Source: Alphaproteobacteria bacterium
GTDB taxonomy: Bacteria > Pseudomonadota > Alphaproteobacteria > UBA828
Assembly (NCBI GenBank): GCA_963422645.2
Contig: CAXXVO010000009.1
Coordinates: forward strand, 160,001-224,000
Direction of reading: 5' to 3'
DNA length: 64,000 nt
Within the stretch, counting starts at the first letter, position 1. Each line of letters opens with the position of its first letter. Below are positions 42,350 to 51,918 of the stretch, piece by piece. Made by a program: the position numbers and the translations under genes. Under the pieces are notes generated by a model. It was not told the DNA's origin. It saw only the letters and a program-made list of their open reading frames with translations, and did not search any database.

Positions 42350-44305
42350 ATGGCCTTCGACACCCTGTTCAGCCCGATCACCGTGGGCGCTCGCCAATTG
42401 CGCAACCGCATCGTCCATGCCGCCACCGTCACCGGCCTCGGCAAGGACCGCGCCGTGACCGACCGCTTGATCGCCTACCACGCGGCCCGGGCGCGCGGCG
42501 GCACCGCGATGATCGTGACCGAGCTGATGAACGTTCACCCCACCAGCAGCGGCGCGCCGATTCTGGTGAGCATCCACGACGAAGCCAACCTGGGGGGCCT
42601 CTCGCGCTGGGCCGAGGCGGTGGAGCGCCACGGCTGCCGGCTGATCGGCCAGCTCGGCCACATCGGCCGCCAGCAGCTCTGGGGCCTCGATTCCGTGCCG
42701 CGCAGCGCGTCCTCGCAACCCGAGACGCTCTATTGGAACAGCGCCCGGCCGCTCGGCGAAGACGAGATTCCGGGCATCGTCGCCGGCTATGCGGAGAGCG
42801 CGGAGCGGCTGAAGCGCGCGGGCTTCAGCGGGGTCGAGCTGCACGGCGCCCACGGCTATCTGATCGCGCAGTTCCTCTCGCCCGCCTGCAACGACCGGAG
42901 GGACGGCTACGGCGGCAGCCTCGAAGGCCGCACCCGCTTCATGCGCGAGGTGATGGCAGCGGTCCGCGCCGCCTGCGGCGACGACTTCATCGTCGGCATC
43001 AAGCTGCCGGCGGACGAGCGCGTGCCGGGCGGCATCGACCCCGACGAAGCGGAGCGCATCGCCCGCGCGGCCGCGGCCGAGGGCGTGCTCGACTATCTCG
43101 CCTTCAGCCAGGGCGCGTTCGGACCTGCGTTCGATACCCATCTGCCTGACATACATTACCCGCCCCGGCCCTTCCTGCCGCTTCACACGCGGCTTCGCGC
43201 AGCCGGCGGCGGGCTCCCGGTGATCGGCCTCGGCCGGATCGAATCGGCCGAAGCGGCAGAGACGGCGCTTGCCGAGGGCGCCTGCGACTTGGTCGGCTTC
43301 AGCCGCCTGTTGATATCGGACGCCGATTGGCCGCGCAAGACGGAGGCCGGCCGCGCCGGCGACGTCCGCGCCTGCACCTTCTGCAACTATTGCTGGGGCG
43401 AGATTCACGCGGGCAAGCCCATCCGCTGCTTCCAGAATCCCGTGCTGGCGAGCGCGGACGAGACCGATTGGCGGCCGCCACCGGCCGATGAGCCCAAGCG
43501 CTTGGTGGTGGTCGGTGCCGGGCTCGCCGGGCTGGAGGCCGCGTGGATCGCGGCGGCCCGTGGCCATGCGGTCACCCTGTTCTCGGCAAGCGCCGAGCCC
43601 GGCGGCGCGGCCCGCATCGAGGCCCTCCTGCCGGGCCGGGCGGAGGTGATGAAGACCGCCGAATTCCAGCATCGCAAGGCCGCAGAGGCAGGCGCCGAAT
43701 TCCGCTTCGGCGAAACCGCGACGACGGCGGCGGTGATGGCGTGCGAGCCCGACGCGGTGATCCTCGCCGCGGGCTCGCAGATGCGCTGGCCGCCGGCGCT
43801 CGTCGAGGGCGCCAAGGCGGTCGATCTGAGGCAAGCCGTCGCAGCGCTGGCCGAAATCGATGTTCCGCCGTCGCCGGGCACTGCGGTGCTGCTCGACATG
43901 GACCAGACACCCGCCGTCTATGGCGCAGTGGAGTTGTTGGCGCAGCGCTTCGCCCGCGTCGTCCTGCTGACCCCGGCGGCGGAGAACGCCCGCTTCGTCA
44001 ACCTGATGTCGCGCATGGGGGTCGAGCGCAGGCTCGCGCAACTCGGCATCGACGTGCGCCGGCTCACCGAGCCGATCGGGCGCCAAGGCGAGCGCGTCAC
44101 CTGCCGCCACGTGATCACCGGCGCCGAGACGCTGATCGAGGATGTCGCGCTGTTCACCTATGCCACACCCCGTGCCGCGCGGGGGGAGCTTGCGGACGAT
44201 CTGGCGGAAGCCGGGGTTCCCGTCACGCTCATCGGCGACTGCCTGCTACCGCGCGACGCCGCGTCCGCCATCCACGACGGCCACCGCGCCGCGCTTGCCC
44301 TGTGA
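42350..44305 (+). CDS. NADH:flavin oxidoreductase (OYE-like TIM barrel + 4Fe-4S + FAD domain)
   Basis: ELHGAHGYLIAQFLSP, NDRRDGYGGS, CTFCNYC, VVGAGLAGLEAA. Confidence 0.9.
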   Translation: MAFDTLFSPITVGARQLRNRIVHAATVTGLGKDRAVTDRLIAYHAARARGGTAMIVTELMNVHPTSSGAPILVSIHDEANLGGLSRWAEAVERHGCRLIGQLGHIGRQQLWGLDSVPRSASSQPETLYWNSARPLGEDEIPGIVAGYAESAERLKRAGFSGVELHGAHGYLIAQFLSPACNDRRDGYGGSLEGRTRFMREVMAAVRAACGDDFIVGIKLPADERVPGGIDPDEAERIARAAAAEGVLDYLAFSQGAFGPAFDTHLPDIHYPPRPFLPLHTRLRAAGGGLPVIGLGRIESAEAAETALAEGACDLVGFSRLLISDADWPRKTEAGRAGDVRACTFCNYCWGEIHAGKPIRCFQNPVLASADETDWRPPPADEPKRLVVVGAGLAGLEAAWIAAARGHAVTLFSASAEPGGAARIEALLPGRAEVMKTAEFQHRKAAEAGAEFRFGETATTAAVMACEPDAVILAAGSQMRWPPALVEGAKAVDLRQAVAALAEIDVPPSPGTAVLLDMDQTPAVYGAVELLAQRFARVVLLTPAAENARFVNLMSRMGVERRLAQLGIDVRRLTEPIGRQGERVTCRHVITGAETLIEDVALFTYATPRAARGELADDLAEAGVPVTLIGDCLLPRDAASAIHDGHRAALAL

Positions 44306-44432
44306 TCGCTACGTGAGCGAGTTCGCGGGGCGGCACAACATCCGGGAGAAGGACACCGCCGAGCAGATGGGCCACATCGCAGAAGGCATGGTGGGGAAGC
44401 GGCTGCGCTACCGGGAGTTGGCGCAGGGGTGA
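44306..44432 (+). pseudogene. IS1595-family transposase C-terminal remnant
   Basis: RYVSEFAGRHN...GKRLRYREL, a typical IS1595 C-terminus, directly abutting the OYE stop. Confidence 0.7.
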
Positions 44433-44487
44433 CGGGATCAAGGGGTTGGGAGTAACTCGCGGCTCGCCATCAGCTCAACGATCACCC

Positions 44488-45108
44488 TCATTGTTCCACT
44501 TCTGCCTGAAGCTCAGGCAGTTCTAGCCACTGCAAGTTCTGGAGCCCTTCATAGAATGACCTCGCCATCGCAAGAGGAAGAGTCTTGCGATTTGTCAGAA
44601 GGAGGTTATCCATCATTCGTCTCATGTCAGCGAGGGCCTGCTTCAAGTCTGTTCTTTTCTGATTTCCTAGCGAGGATGTTCGTGATTCGATCGCGACTTC
44701 AAAAGCAGTCTCGAATTTTGTAAAGAGAGCAAAGCGCACAGCATCCGATGGGATAGGTGGCCGACCCTCTTCTGGAGGGGAAAAAGTTGGAGCGGAGAAG
44801 ATTTTCTCGAAGTGAGTTGAGATAAGCCTTTGGATGTAATAAATCTGTTCTTCTCCCTCATCTTCTCCGATGTCCCCCTCATCCGATGTCTTCCCCGCCT
44901 CATGTCTCTTAATCTGTAAATCCTCCTTTTTCATATGCATTCCGTATAGCGCCATCGGAAAAGCAATGAACCCTGCGGCGACGGTAAAGATGTTCCTTGC
45001 CGCCTCCAATGTGGAGGTGTTCTCTGTGACTATAACGTCGAGATGAGCAAGAGTTCCTAGAGCAGCGACAAAAATGCAGGTTGACCAAACGACCACAAAG
45101 ATGAACAT
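44488..45108 (-). CDS. Hypothetical membrane protein (two N-terminal TM segments), low GC
   Basis: 206-aa ORF in an AT-richer segment; no recognised family. Confidence 0.55.
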   Translation of the reverse strand: MFIFVVVWSTCIFVAALGTLAHLDVIVTENTSTLEAARNIFTVAAGFIAFPMALYGMHMKKEDLQIKRHEAGKTSDEGDIGEDEGEEQIYYIQRLISTHFEKIFSAPTFSPPEEGRPPIPSDAVRFALFTKFETAFEVAIESRTSSLGNQKRTDLKQALADMRRMMDNLLLTNRKTLPLAMARSFYEGLQNLQWLELPELQAEVEQ

Positions 45109-45111
45109 TGG

Positions 45112-45417
45112 CTATGACTTGTCTACATCCCACTTGCTTATTCCAGCGAGCTTCGCGCTATAAAAGTTCACATGACCACACGATTTGCATACCAATAGTG
45201 CAAGTGGATAGGTTATCCCGTTCAAGCTCCACTCTTCTTCATTGGGATCCCATCGTGGGCAAGTCACCAAGGCAGGTGTGATCTCAACAGAGTCGGACTT
45301 GCATTCTCTGCAGCGCCTGCTTCCATGAACCTTGCGCCTAAGAAATCTTAAGAAAGTATCTCGCCAGTCATTAGTGGTCGGCTTGAGTGTGTCGTCTGTC
45401 ACGCTCATGCTGCCCAC
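45112..45417 (-). CDS. Hypothetical Zn-ribbon protein
   Basis: CRECKS ... CKSCGH pairs; tightly spaced with its neighbours. Confidence 0.55.
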   Translation of the reverse strand: MGSMSVTDDTLKPTTNDWRDTFLRFLRRKVHGSRRCRECKSDSVEITPALVTCPRWDPNEEEWSLNGITYPLALLVCKSCGHVNFYSAKLAGISKWDVDKS

Positions 45418-45599
45418 ACCTCCTTCACGATGAAGGTGTCGCGCAGAAATTCATTTCCGCAGATGGCGTCGGGCCGACTGGCAGGTGCCAGCATATAGAC
45501 ATTAGAGGAAAGGGAGTCTTCGATGAGCGAATCAGGCGGCTGATCGTCATCATCCGTTAATTCGTCATCATTACCCTTGATAGCATCACTTTCGTTCAT
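45405..45599 (-). CDS. Small acidic hypothetical protein
   Basis: GGAGA RBS upstream; overlaps the next ORF. Confidence 0.4.
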   Translation of the reverse strand: MNESDAIKGNDDELTDDDDQPPDSLIEDSLSSNVYMLAPASRPDAICGNEFLRDTFIVKEVWAA

Positions 45600-46029
45600 G
45601 ACACATCTCCCGTTGCTACAGGGAGCGTGCCCGCGCTAAGCTGCGCTTCTCGATTCGTCGCAGCGGCGGGGCTTCATCCCCGTTGGAAGTTACATGGGGC
45701 GGAGGCAGCCTGGCGGGGCTTGCCTCCGTTTCCCTTTAGAGGCGAAGTCTGTGCCTCCATCCGATCTCTGTCAATGCGGGAGCCGGCATTTCCCCGATAT
45801 CCCCATGTTTCACAGCGGTCGGCGCATCCCAACGTCAAACCTGGCTCCCGCCAAACGCGGCGGTCAGATCGGATTGTCGTTACAGGCTCCAAATGACGAG
45901 GCTCGGGATCGTCCCGACCTGCGGGCTGCCGTGTGTGTGCGAGAACAAGTGTGCGCGGTCGCGCTGGGCGAGGCAATGGACTAAGTGATAGGTGGGGAAC
46001 GACGAAGCTGGAAGCCAGGATCGCATCCC

Positions 46030-46236
46030 ATGCCAGATAACTCTTCAGCCAAGGGTCAGCCGACCCCTGCGGCCAAGCCCGTGGTGCGCGTGCGCCCCTT
46101 CAGCTACCAGCCCAGCAAGCACGAACTGGAGGAGCCGGTCATCCTCCGCAAGCCCGATGGCTCTGCGCCTACGGTGGACGAGGTGGTTTCGGCTGTTCAA
46201 CGCCCGGTCAAGGTGGTCGAGGACCCGGACGCTTAG
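46030..46236 (+). CDS. Small hypothetical protein near the probable IS1595 right end
   Basis: VRPFSYQPSKHELEEP; followed by GGCACTCTCGTATATAATC. Confidence 0.45.
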   Translation: MPDNSSAKGQPTPAAKPVVRVRPFSYQPSKHELEEPVILRKPDGSAPTVDEVVSAVQRPVKVVEDPDA

Positions 46237-46367
46237 CCGTCCCTGTGGCACTCTCGTATATAATCGTAACTGCCCAGGTCTGATTCTGCCGAGCACTCGG
46301 ACGTGATGGATTGATGGTTCTGACCAGCCAGGGGTCAGGCGGCGCTTTCCCGGAGCAGCGCAGGATT

Positions 46368-47909
46368 TCAGAAGCGCAATACGGGGATCAGCTGGATTGG
46401 ATCGGGGTGCGCCAGGGTTTCGAGGACATTCCAGCGCTGTTTTCGAGCGGTGGCGATGACGGATCGCAGGTTTGCGAAGTCGCGGGCGCCTTGTATCGAG
46501 CGGAAGCCGCCTGAGATTTTCTGGCGCAGCTTGCCCATTCGGAGGTCGCGCTCGGCCTCGTTGTTGGAGAAGGGGGTTCGCGGATCGGTGAGGAAGCGCA
46601 GGCACCCCTCCTTGTACTTCTGGAGTCGGAGGGCGAGGTTGTGACCGATGCGGCGCTTTTGTCGTCCGCGCTTTCCGGTCTGGAGCGGTGGCATTTCTTC
46701 GTGAGAGGCGATGGCACGTTCGAGGATGCGGTCCCAGGCTCGCGAGATGCGGGCCACCAGTGAGGCGGGCACGTCGCGGTCGTTCTTGTGGGCGAAGCGG
46801 GCGGCTCTGTTGGCACGGATGAGGAGCCGGTGCGTGCTCGTTGCCCAGTCTTCCTTCTCGATCTCGATGAGGGCTTGGAGCTCGCGCAGGTGATGGGCGT
46901 TGCAGGCCCCGTGGCGCACGCCCTCGAGAGCGAAGTAGGTGGCGTAGTCGTCATGGATGACGATGCCGTTGAGCTTCTCGTCGATGTGGCTGCGCCCGGT
47001 GGCGACGCGCAGGATGGTGAGCAACGGGGTGCACAGCACATGGAGCCAATGGGTCCGGGCGGCGATGCGGATGCCGGTCTCGTCGAGGTGTTTGACTGGG
47101 GCTGCGGTGCGGATGATCTCCGCGAGGCGATCGAGGAAGCCCTCGAAGCGCCGGGCGGTGCGCCTTCCCATGGCGACGATGGTGGCTGTTGAGAGCTTGA
47201 CCGCGAAGAGGTCGCTCATGACCTCGGCGACCCGCTTCTCGGGAATGAACTGAGCGTGCAGCAGGTAGGTCACCCACGCGGTGATGCGCGGCCCGTATTG
47301 GACCGGTGCGCTCACGCCGTTCGGGAAGACGGCTGTCGTCACGGTGCCGCAGGCAGCGCAGAGGCAACGATGGCCGCGATGTTCGGTGACCTCGAGGGGC
47401 TGCGGCTCGGGCACATCGAAGACCTGCCGGCAGACGGGGGCTCCGTGACGGTCAGCGTCCGACAGCGGCGCGCCGCAGCCCTCACAGGCGGACGGATCAT
47501 GATCGACGACATGGTCGGGCGTCGCGGTCCGCTCCAGGGTAGTTCCCTTGTGGCCCGGCTGGCCGCCACTGGGCCTGTCGGACTTGCCGCGCTGGCTCCG
47601 GGTGCGCTTCTCCCGGTCACCGCTCTTCTTCTTCAGACCGTCGCTGGCCGGCGGCTTGGAGCTGGTGGTGCTGTCGAGCGCGGCGCTGCGCTCGAGTTCG
47701 GCGATCCGCTCGCGCAAGCGGGCGTTCTCCCGCTCCAGCGCGTCGTTCTCCTTGACCAGGGCCGCGCTCAGGCGCAGCAACCCCTGGCCCCATTCCCGAA
47801 TGGCTTTGACGGCGGTCATTGCGAAGGATTGTGGGGTGAAAAGGTCCTGCAGGCACGCGAAGGCCTCGTCGTGGGCAGCGAGGTCCTCGTGCCAGCGCGA
47901 CACTGTCAC
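46368..47909 (-). CDS. IS66 TnpC transposase
   Basis: SSKPPASD, GGQPGHKG, DETG, CNAHHLREL, NNEAERDLR. The probable GTG start overlaps the methylase stop. Confidence 0.88.
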   Translation of the reverse strand: MTVSRWHEDLAAHDEAFACLQDLFTPQSFAMTAVKAIREWGQGLLRLSAALVKENDALERENARLRERIAELERSAALDSTTSSKPPASDGLKKKSGDREKRTRSQRGKSDRPSGGQPGHKGTTLERTATPDHVVDHDPSACEGCGAPLSDADRHGAPVCRQVFDVPEPQPLEVTEHRGHRCLCAACGTVTTAVFPNGVSAPVQYGPRITAWVTYLLHAQFIPEKRVAEVMSDLFAVKLSTATIVAMGRRTARRFEGFLDRLAEIIRTAAPVKHLDETGIRIAARTHWLHVLCTPLLTILRVATGRSHIDEKLNGIVIHDDYATYFALEGVRHGACNAHHLRELQALIEIEKEDWATSTHRLLIRANRAARFAHKNDRDVPASLVARISRAWDRILERAIASHEEMPPLQTGKRGRQKRRIGHNLALRLQKYKEGCLRFLTDPRTPFSNNEAERDLRMGKLRQKISGGFRSIQGARDFANLRSVIATARKQRWNVLETLAHPDPIQLIPVLRF

Positions 47910-48574
47910 GAACCCTCGTCGGCCTCGACGGCCATGATCGCGGCCAGCACCGCCAGGCGTTCGCCCGCCGGCATGGCCTCGTAGCGCCGGCCCCAGTTGG
48001 CCGCCTTGCGCTTGATGCACTGGCGCTCGGTGAAGTTCCGGCCGGCGAAGCTCGCCCAGTGCACCCGGTCAGGCGCGAAGTTGAACCACACGACCTCGGT
48101 CCGCACCTGGGCCTGGGTCGTCACCTGCAGCGCCAGCCGGCGCCAGCCCGCCAGCAGCTCGTCATAGAGCGCAGACGGGTGGCCCGAGACCATCACCTGG
48201 CAGGGCAGACCCTTGAGCAGTTCGAGGAGCGCGACGTGGTCGGCCTCCTCGTACTCGAAGCGGTAGCGCTGCGACGAACGCCGGGTCGCGTGCAGATAGG
48301 GCGGATCGCTGTAGACCAGCTCCGGGCCCAGAAACGGGAACGAGGCCAGGAAGGAATGGGCGCAGCCGTGCACCAACTCCACCGGGTAGTCGCAGCCAAA
48401 GGCCTCAAGCGCCCGCTCGTCGCGGTCGATCCCGATCGAGCGCATGGCCGCAGGCTTGCGCTTCATCAGCGCCCCGCCCCCAAGATGGCTCTCGATATAG
48501 ACAGAGTGCGGCGGCATCAGCGCAATCAGCGCCTGGCTCAGACCGGTCGTCGCCTTCGACCCGAAATACCCCAC
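47906..48574 (-). CDS. Compact Dam/D12-class N6-adenine DNA methyltransferase
   Basis: YFGSK, YIESHLGGG (motif I variant), DPPY (motif IV); 222 aa. Confidence 0.82.
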   Translation of the reverse strand: MGYFGSKATTGLSQALIALMPPHSVYIESHLGGGALMKRKPAAMRSIGIDRDERALEAFGCDYPVELVHGCAHSFLASFPFLGPELVYSDPPYLHATRRSSQRYRFEYEEADHVALLELLKGLPCQVMVSGHPSALYDELLAGWRRLALQVTTQAQVRTEVVWFNFAPDRVHWASFAGRNFTERQCIKRKAANWGRRYEAMPAGERLAVLAAIMAVEADEGS

Positions 48575-48620
48575 CGGCTGCTCCTCTCATGCGAGAGTGC
48601 AACCCATAGGCGAGATAACC

Positions 48621-51135
48621 TCAGACTTCCTGACCTCGTGATGCTGGCTGTTCTGGGCAGCGTGCCGGGAACTCCTTGAATTCTGATACATTTCGGTTGT
48701 TTCAGGCGGTTTTTCGCTGGGTGTCGCGCCCGAGGTCTGATATTATAATTTGATACCAATTGCACGGTCTCAACCATGCCCAGTACCCTCCCAATGTGCC
48801 CTCCAGAGGCGGTCTCGATCGGCAACAGCTGCTTCGCCGTCCTGATCTCGGACGACACCTTCACCTACTTTTCCAACCTCATTCCCTTTGACAGCCACGC
48901 CGCCGATGACCGCACGGCCATGCTCTTGCGGATCGGCCGCCTCGCGGCGATCAGCGCGGTCTCGCCGCAGGAACTGGCTGACGCTTTCGCTGTCTCGCGC
49001 GCGACGGTGCAGCGCGCACGACGGCGCTACCTGGCCGAGGGCGAAGCGGGGTTCATGAAGCCCCGGCGCGGTCGCGGGCCGTCGGTGTTCACTCCGGAGT
49101 TGGCGGAGAAGGCGACGGCGTTGCTGGCATCGGGCCTGAGCGGCTCTGCGGCGGCCCGGGTTCTCGGCGTGTCAGCGCCATCGGTCAACAAGTGGCGCCG
49201 TCAGGGACTGATCGGCAACACGGAGGCGGATGGGGAGCCCGGACGCTCAGCGCTGGCTGCGCCGCCTGACGCGGGTGCGGCTCCTGAAGGCCGTGTCGAT
49301 GAAGAGAGTACCGGTGCCCCGGGGCCGGAGACGGCGCCGGGGCTGGAAGCGCAGCCGCAAACGGATCGCAGCGCGCGCGATCGGCGGGACCGGCAGGCGC
49401 CGATGGGGCGTGCGACTTGCGATGTTCCGGCTCGGGTTCTGGCCAGTTGTGGACAGGCGGGGCCGGTCGAACCGCAGTTCGCCGCCGCCGCCCGCGGTGT
49501 CCGCTTCGGCGGCGTGCTCGCCGCCCTGCCGGCCCTGCTGAAGGAAGGTCTTCTCTCCGAGACCGGTCTCCTGCCATTGCTGCCGAAGGGCTATTACGGC
49601 TTGCCTACGATCCTGCTCTTCCTGGCCTTCATGACCTTGGCGCGGGTGCGCAACCCCGAGAGCCTGCGCTACCAGGCGCCGGGCGAATGGGGCGCCATTC
49701 TCGGCCTCGATCGCTGCCCCGAGGTCAAGACGCTGCGCCGCAAGATCGCTCTCATCGCCGACGACGAGGCCGGCGTGCGGGCGTGGCAGCTCGCCCTTGC
49801 CAGGCGCTGGCAGGCGCCGACGAGCCGGAGCTCTGGGCGACGCTGGCCATCGACGGGCACGTCAAGGTCTACTCCGGCCGCAAGGGGCGCTTGCCCAAGC
49901 ACTTCGTCTCGCGCGAGAAGCTGTGCCTGCCGGCGAGCGCCAGCTACTGGATCAACGCTCTGGGCGGCAAGCCGCTGCTCTGTCTGCACAAGCCGCTGGA
50001 CCCGAAGATGGTCGCGGCCATCGAAGCCGACGTGGTGCCGGCGCTGCAGGAGCTTGGGATCGTTGGCGCCGGGGCGCCGGACCTGACCGCCGAGCATCCC
50101 GGCCAGCCGGCGCTCACCCTGGTCTTCGACCGCGAGGGCTGGAGCCCGGATCTGTTCCGCCGGCTGGCGAGGCGCGGCGTCGCCTGCCTGACCTGGCACA
50201 AGAACTTCAGGGGCGAGGACTGGCCGGCCGAGGACTTCGGCGCGATGACCGTTCCCATTCACGGACCGGCGGCGGACGGCAGCGCCACCATGCGGCTGGC
50301 TGAGAAGCCGGTGACGTTGCCGAACGGCTTCAGGGTGCGCCAGATCCGCCGCCTGCTCGACAACGGCCGTCAGGTGCCGCTGATCACCACCGATCCGCAC
50401 AAGCCGATGGCTGAGGTTGCGGGCGCCATGTTCTCGCGCTGGTCGCAGGAGAACTTCTTCAAGTACATGCGTGACGAGTTCAATCTCGACGCCCTGCCGA
50501 CCCACGAGCTCGAGCCTCTCGATCCCGCCGCCATGGTCGTCAACCCGCTGCGGCGGGCCTATGACAAGGCAATCCATCGCCTCGACCGCCAGCTTGGCCG
50601 CCTGCGCAACCGCATCGCCGACACGGCCCGGAAGAAGCAGCCGACGGCGGAACTCAGGAGGGAAGTCAGGGACCTCCAGGATGTCCGCGACATCGTCAGG
50701 GCCAGCCGCAGGGAGACGCCCAAGCACTGCCGGGCCGGCGACCTCGACGAAGCCGAGCAGCTCGATGCCTTGCCCGCGCGCGAGCGCCTCCTCCTCGACG
50801 TCATCCGGATGATCGCCTACCGCGCCGAAACCCGCATGATGCTTCCCGTCATGCAGGCGCAGGGCCACAAGCCCCATCCCCGGAAACTGCTTCAAGCGCT
50901 GCTCACCGCCGATGCCGACATCCTGCCGGATCCTGGCAATGGCCTCCTGCGGGTCCACATTCTTGGCCTCGCAAACGACGCCTGCGACCGTTGGATCGAT
51001 GCGGTTCTGAGCGACCTGAACGCCACCGAAACGGTCTTCCCCGGCACCCGTCTGCGCATAGTCTACGACATCGACGGGGCCTCGGAATCCGCGCGGCTCG
51101 TGTCACCTAAAATCAGCAGAGGTCAGGAAGTCTGA
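48621..51135 (+). mobile_element. Unclassified IS-like element with 17-bp TIRs
   Basis: TCAGACTTCCTGACCTC / GAGGTCAGGAAGTCTGA. The transposase stop lies in the right TIR; no TSD seen. Confidence 0.8.
48776..51135 (+). pseudogene. Large HTH + DDE transposase, frameshifted near 49815
   Basis: N-terminal HTHs; IDGHVKVY, VFDREGWS, RWSQENFFK in the second frame. Confidence 0.75.
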
Positions 51136-51244
51136 AGCTATACAGTCAAGCGGGGATCAACGACGCGCCGACGGCGAAACGGCACCGACGGCAAGCAACA
51201 TCAGCACGCACTCAGAACTGGCGGCGGGGTACCTGGGTAGTTAC

Positions 51245-51750
51245 AGCATGATAAAGAAGTGGCGCGGGTCCACCGGCGCCATTTGCCCGCGGCGGATCCA
51301 CTCTTCCACCACGTGGGCGCGCTGGTCGGTGACGTCGCGGATGTGCTGGCGCTGGTGCCGCTCCAGGAACTGGGCACCGCGCAGGATCTCGTTGGCGAAG
51401 AAGCGGGACTCGGTGGCGTGGCGGCGGGAATACTCGAGTTTCGCGCGAATGTAGGCGGCGATGGCCTCACGGGGTTCGTGCTCAGGGACGATATGCTCGA
51501 AGGCGCGGTCCCATCCCTCGATCAGGCGCTCGATCACGGCCGTGTAGATGCTCTCCTTGGTCGGAAAGTAGTAATAGACGTTCGTCTTGGGCAGGCCGCT
51601 GACCTTCGCGATTTCCTTGATGTGCGTGCCGTGAAAGCTCTTGTCGGCAAAGAGGCCGACGGCGGCGCGCAGGATTCTCTCCTCGTTGCGGGCCCGGATA
51701 CGCAGCGTCGGCGCCGCCGCCCCCGCATTTGCCTGCGCTCTCTTCGTCAT
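51245..51750 (-). pseudogene. RutR-like TetR regulator, C-terminally truncated by IS66
   Basis: IRARNEERILRAA...KTNVYYYFPTK, YIRAKLEYSR...SRFFANEILRGA, VDPRHFFIML, then the IS end supplies the stop. Confidence 0.82.
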
Positions 51751-51839
51751 GGATATCCCTCGCACTCTACGCCGGCGAGACCCACAGCCGGCGCCGTTCG
51801 CAGTCTAGCCCCGCATCCAGGCTGGGTAGAGAAAATACT

Positions 51840-51887
51840 TGACGTGCGTGTCAGGTTACCAAATCGTGGAACATGACACGCGTGTCA
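51840..51887. promoter_or_regulatory. Two TGAC-N6-GTCA palindromes, probable RutR-family operators
   Basis: TGACGTGCGTGTCA (51840-51853) and the perfect palindrome TGACACGCGTGTCA (51874-51887), between the divergent tetR and the operon. Same core spacing as the E. coli RutR box TTGACCAnnTGGTCAA. Confidence 0.65.
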
Positions 51888-51918
51888 GCTTTTTGAGACC
51901 GTGGAGCGGTTGGACGCC

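Larger units (their letters stand above)
46266..51244 (-). mobile_element. IS66-family element carrying a DNA adenine methyltransferase, with a nested transposon
   Basis: TIRs GTAACTGCCCAGGT / ACCTGGGTAGTTAC. The flanks (ATATAATC vs AGCATGAT) are not duplicated. Confidence 0.85.

Noticed and set aside
47906-48574. Restriction-modification system
   Set aside because: No adjacent endonuclease or specificity subunit; the gene lies within IS66.
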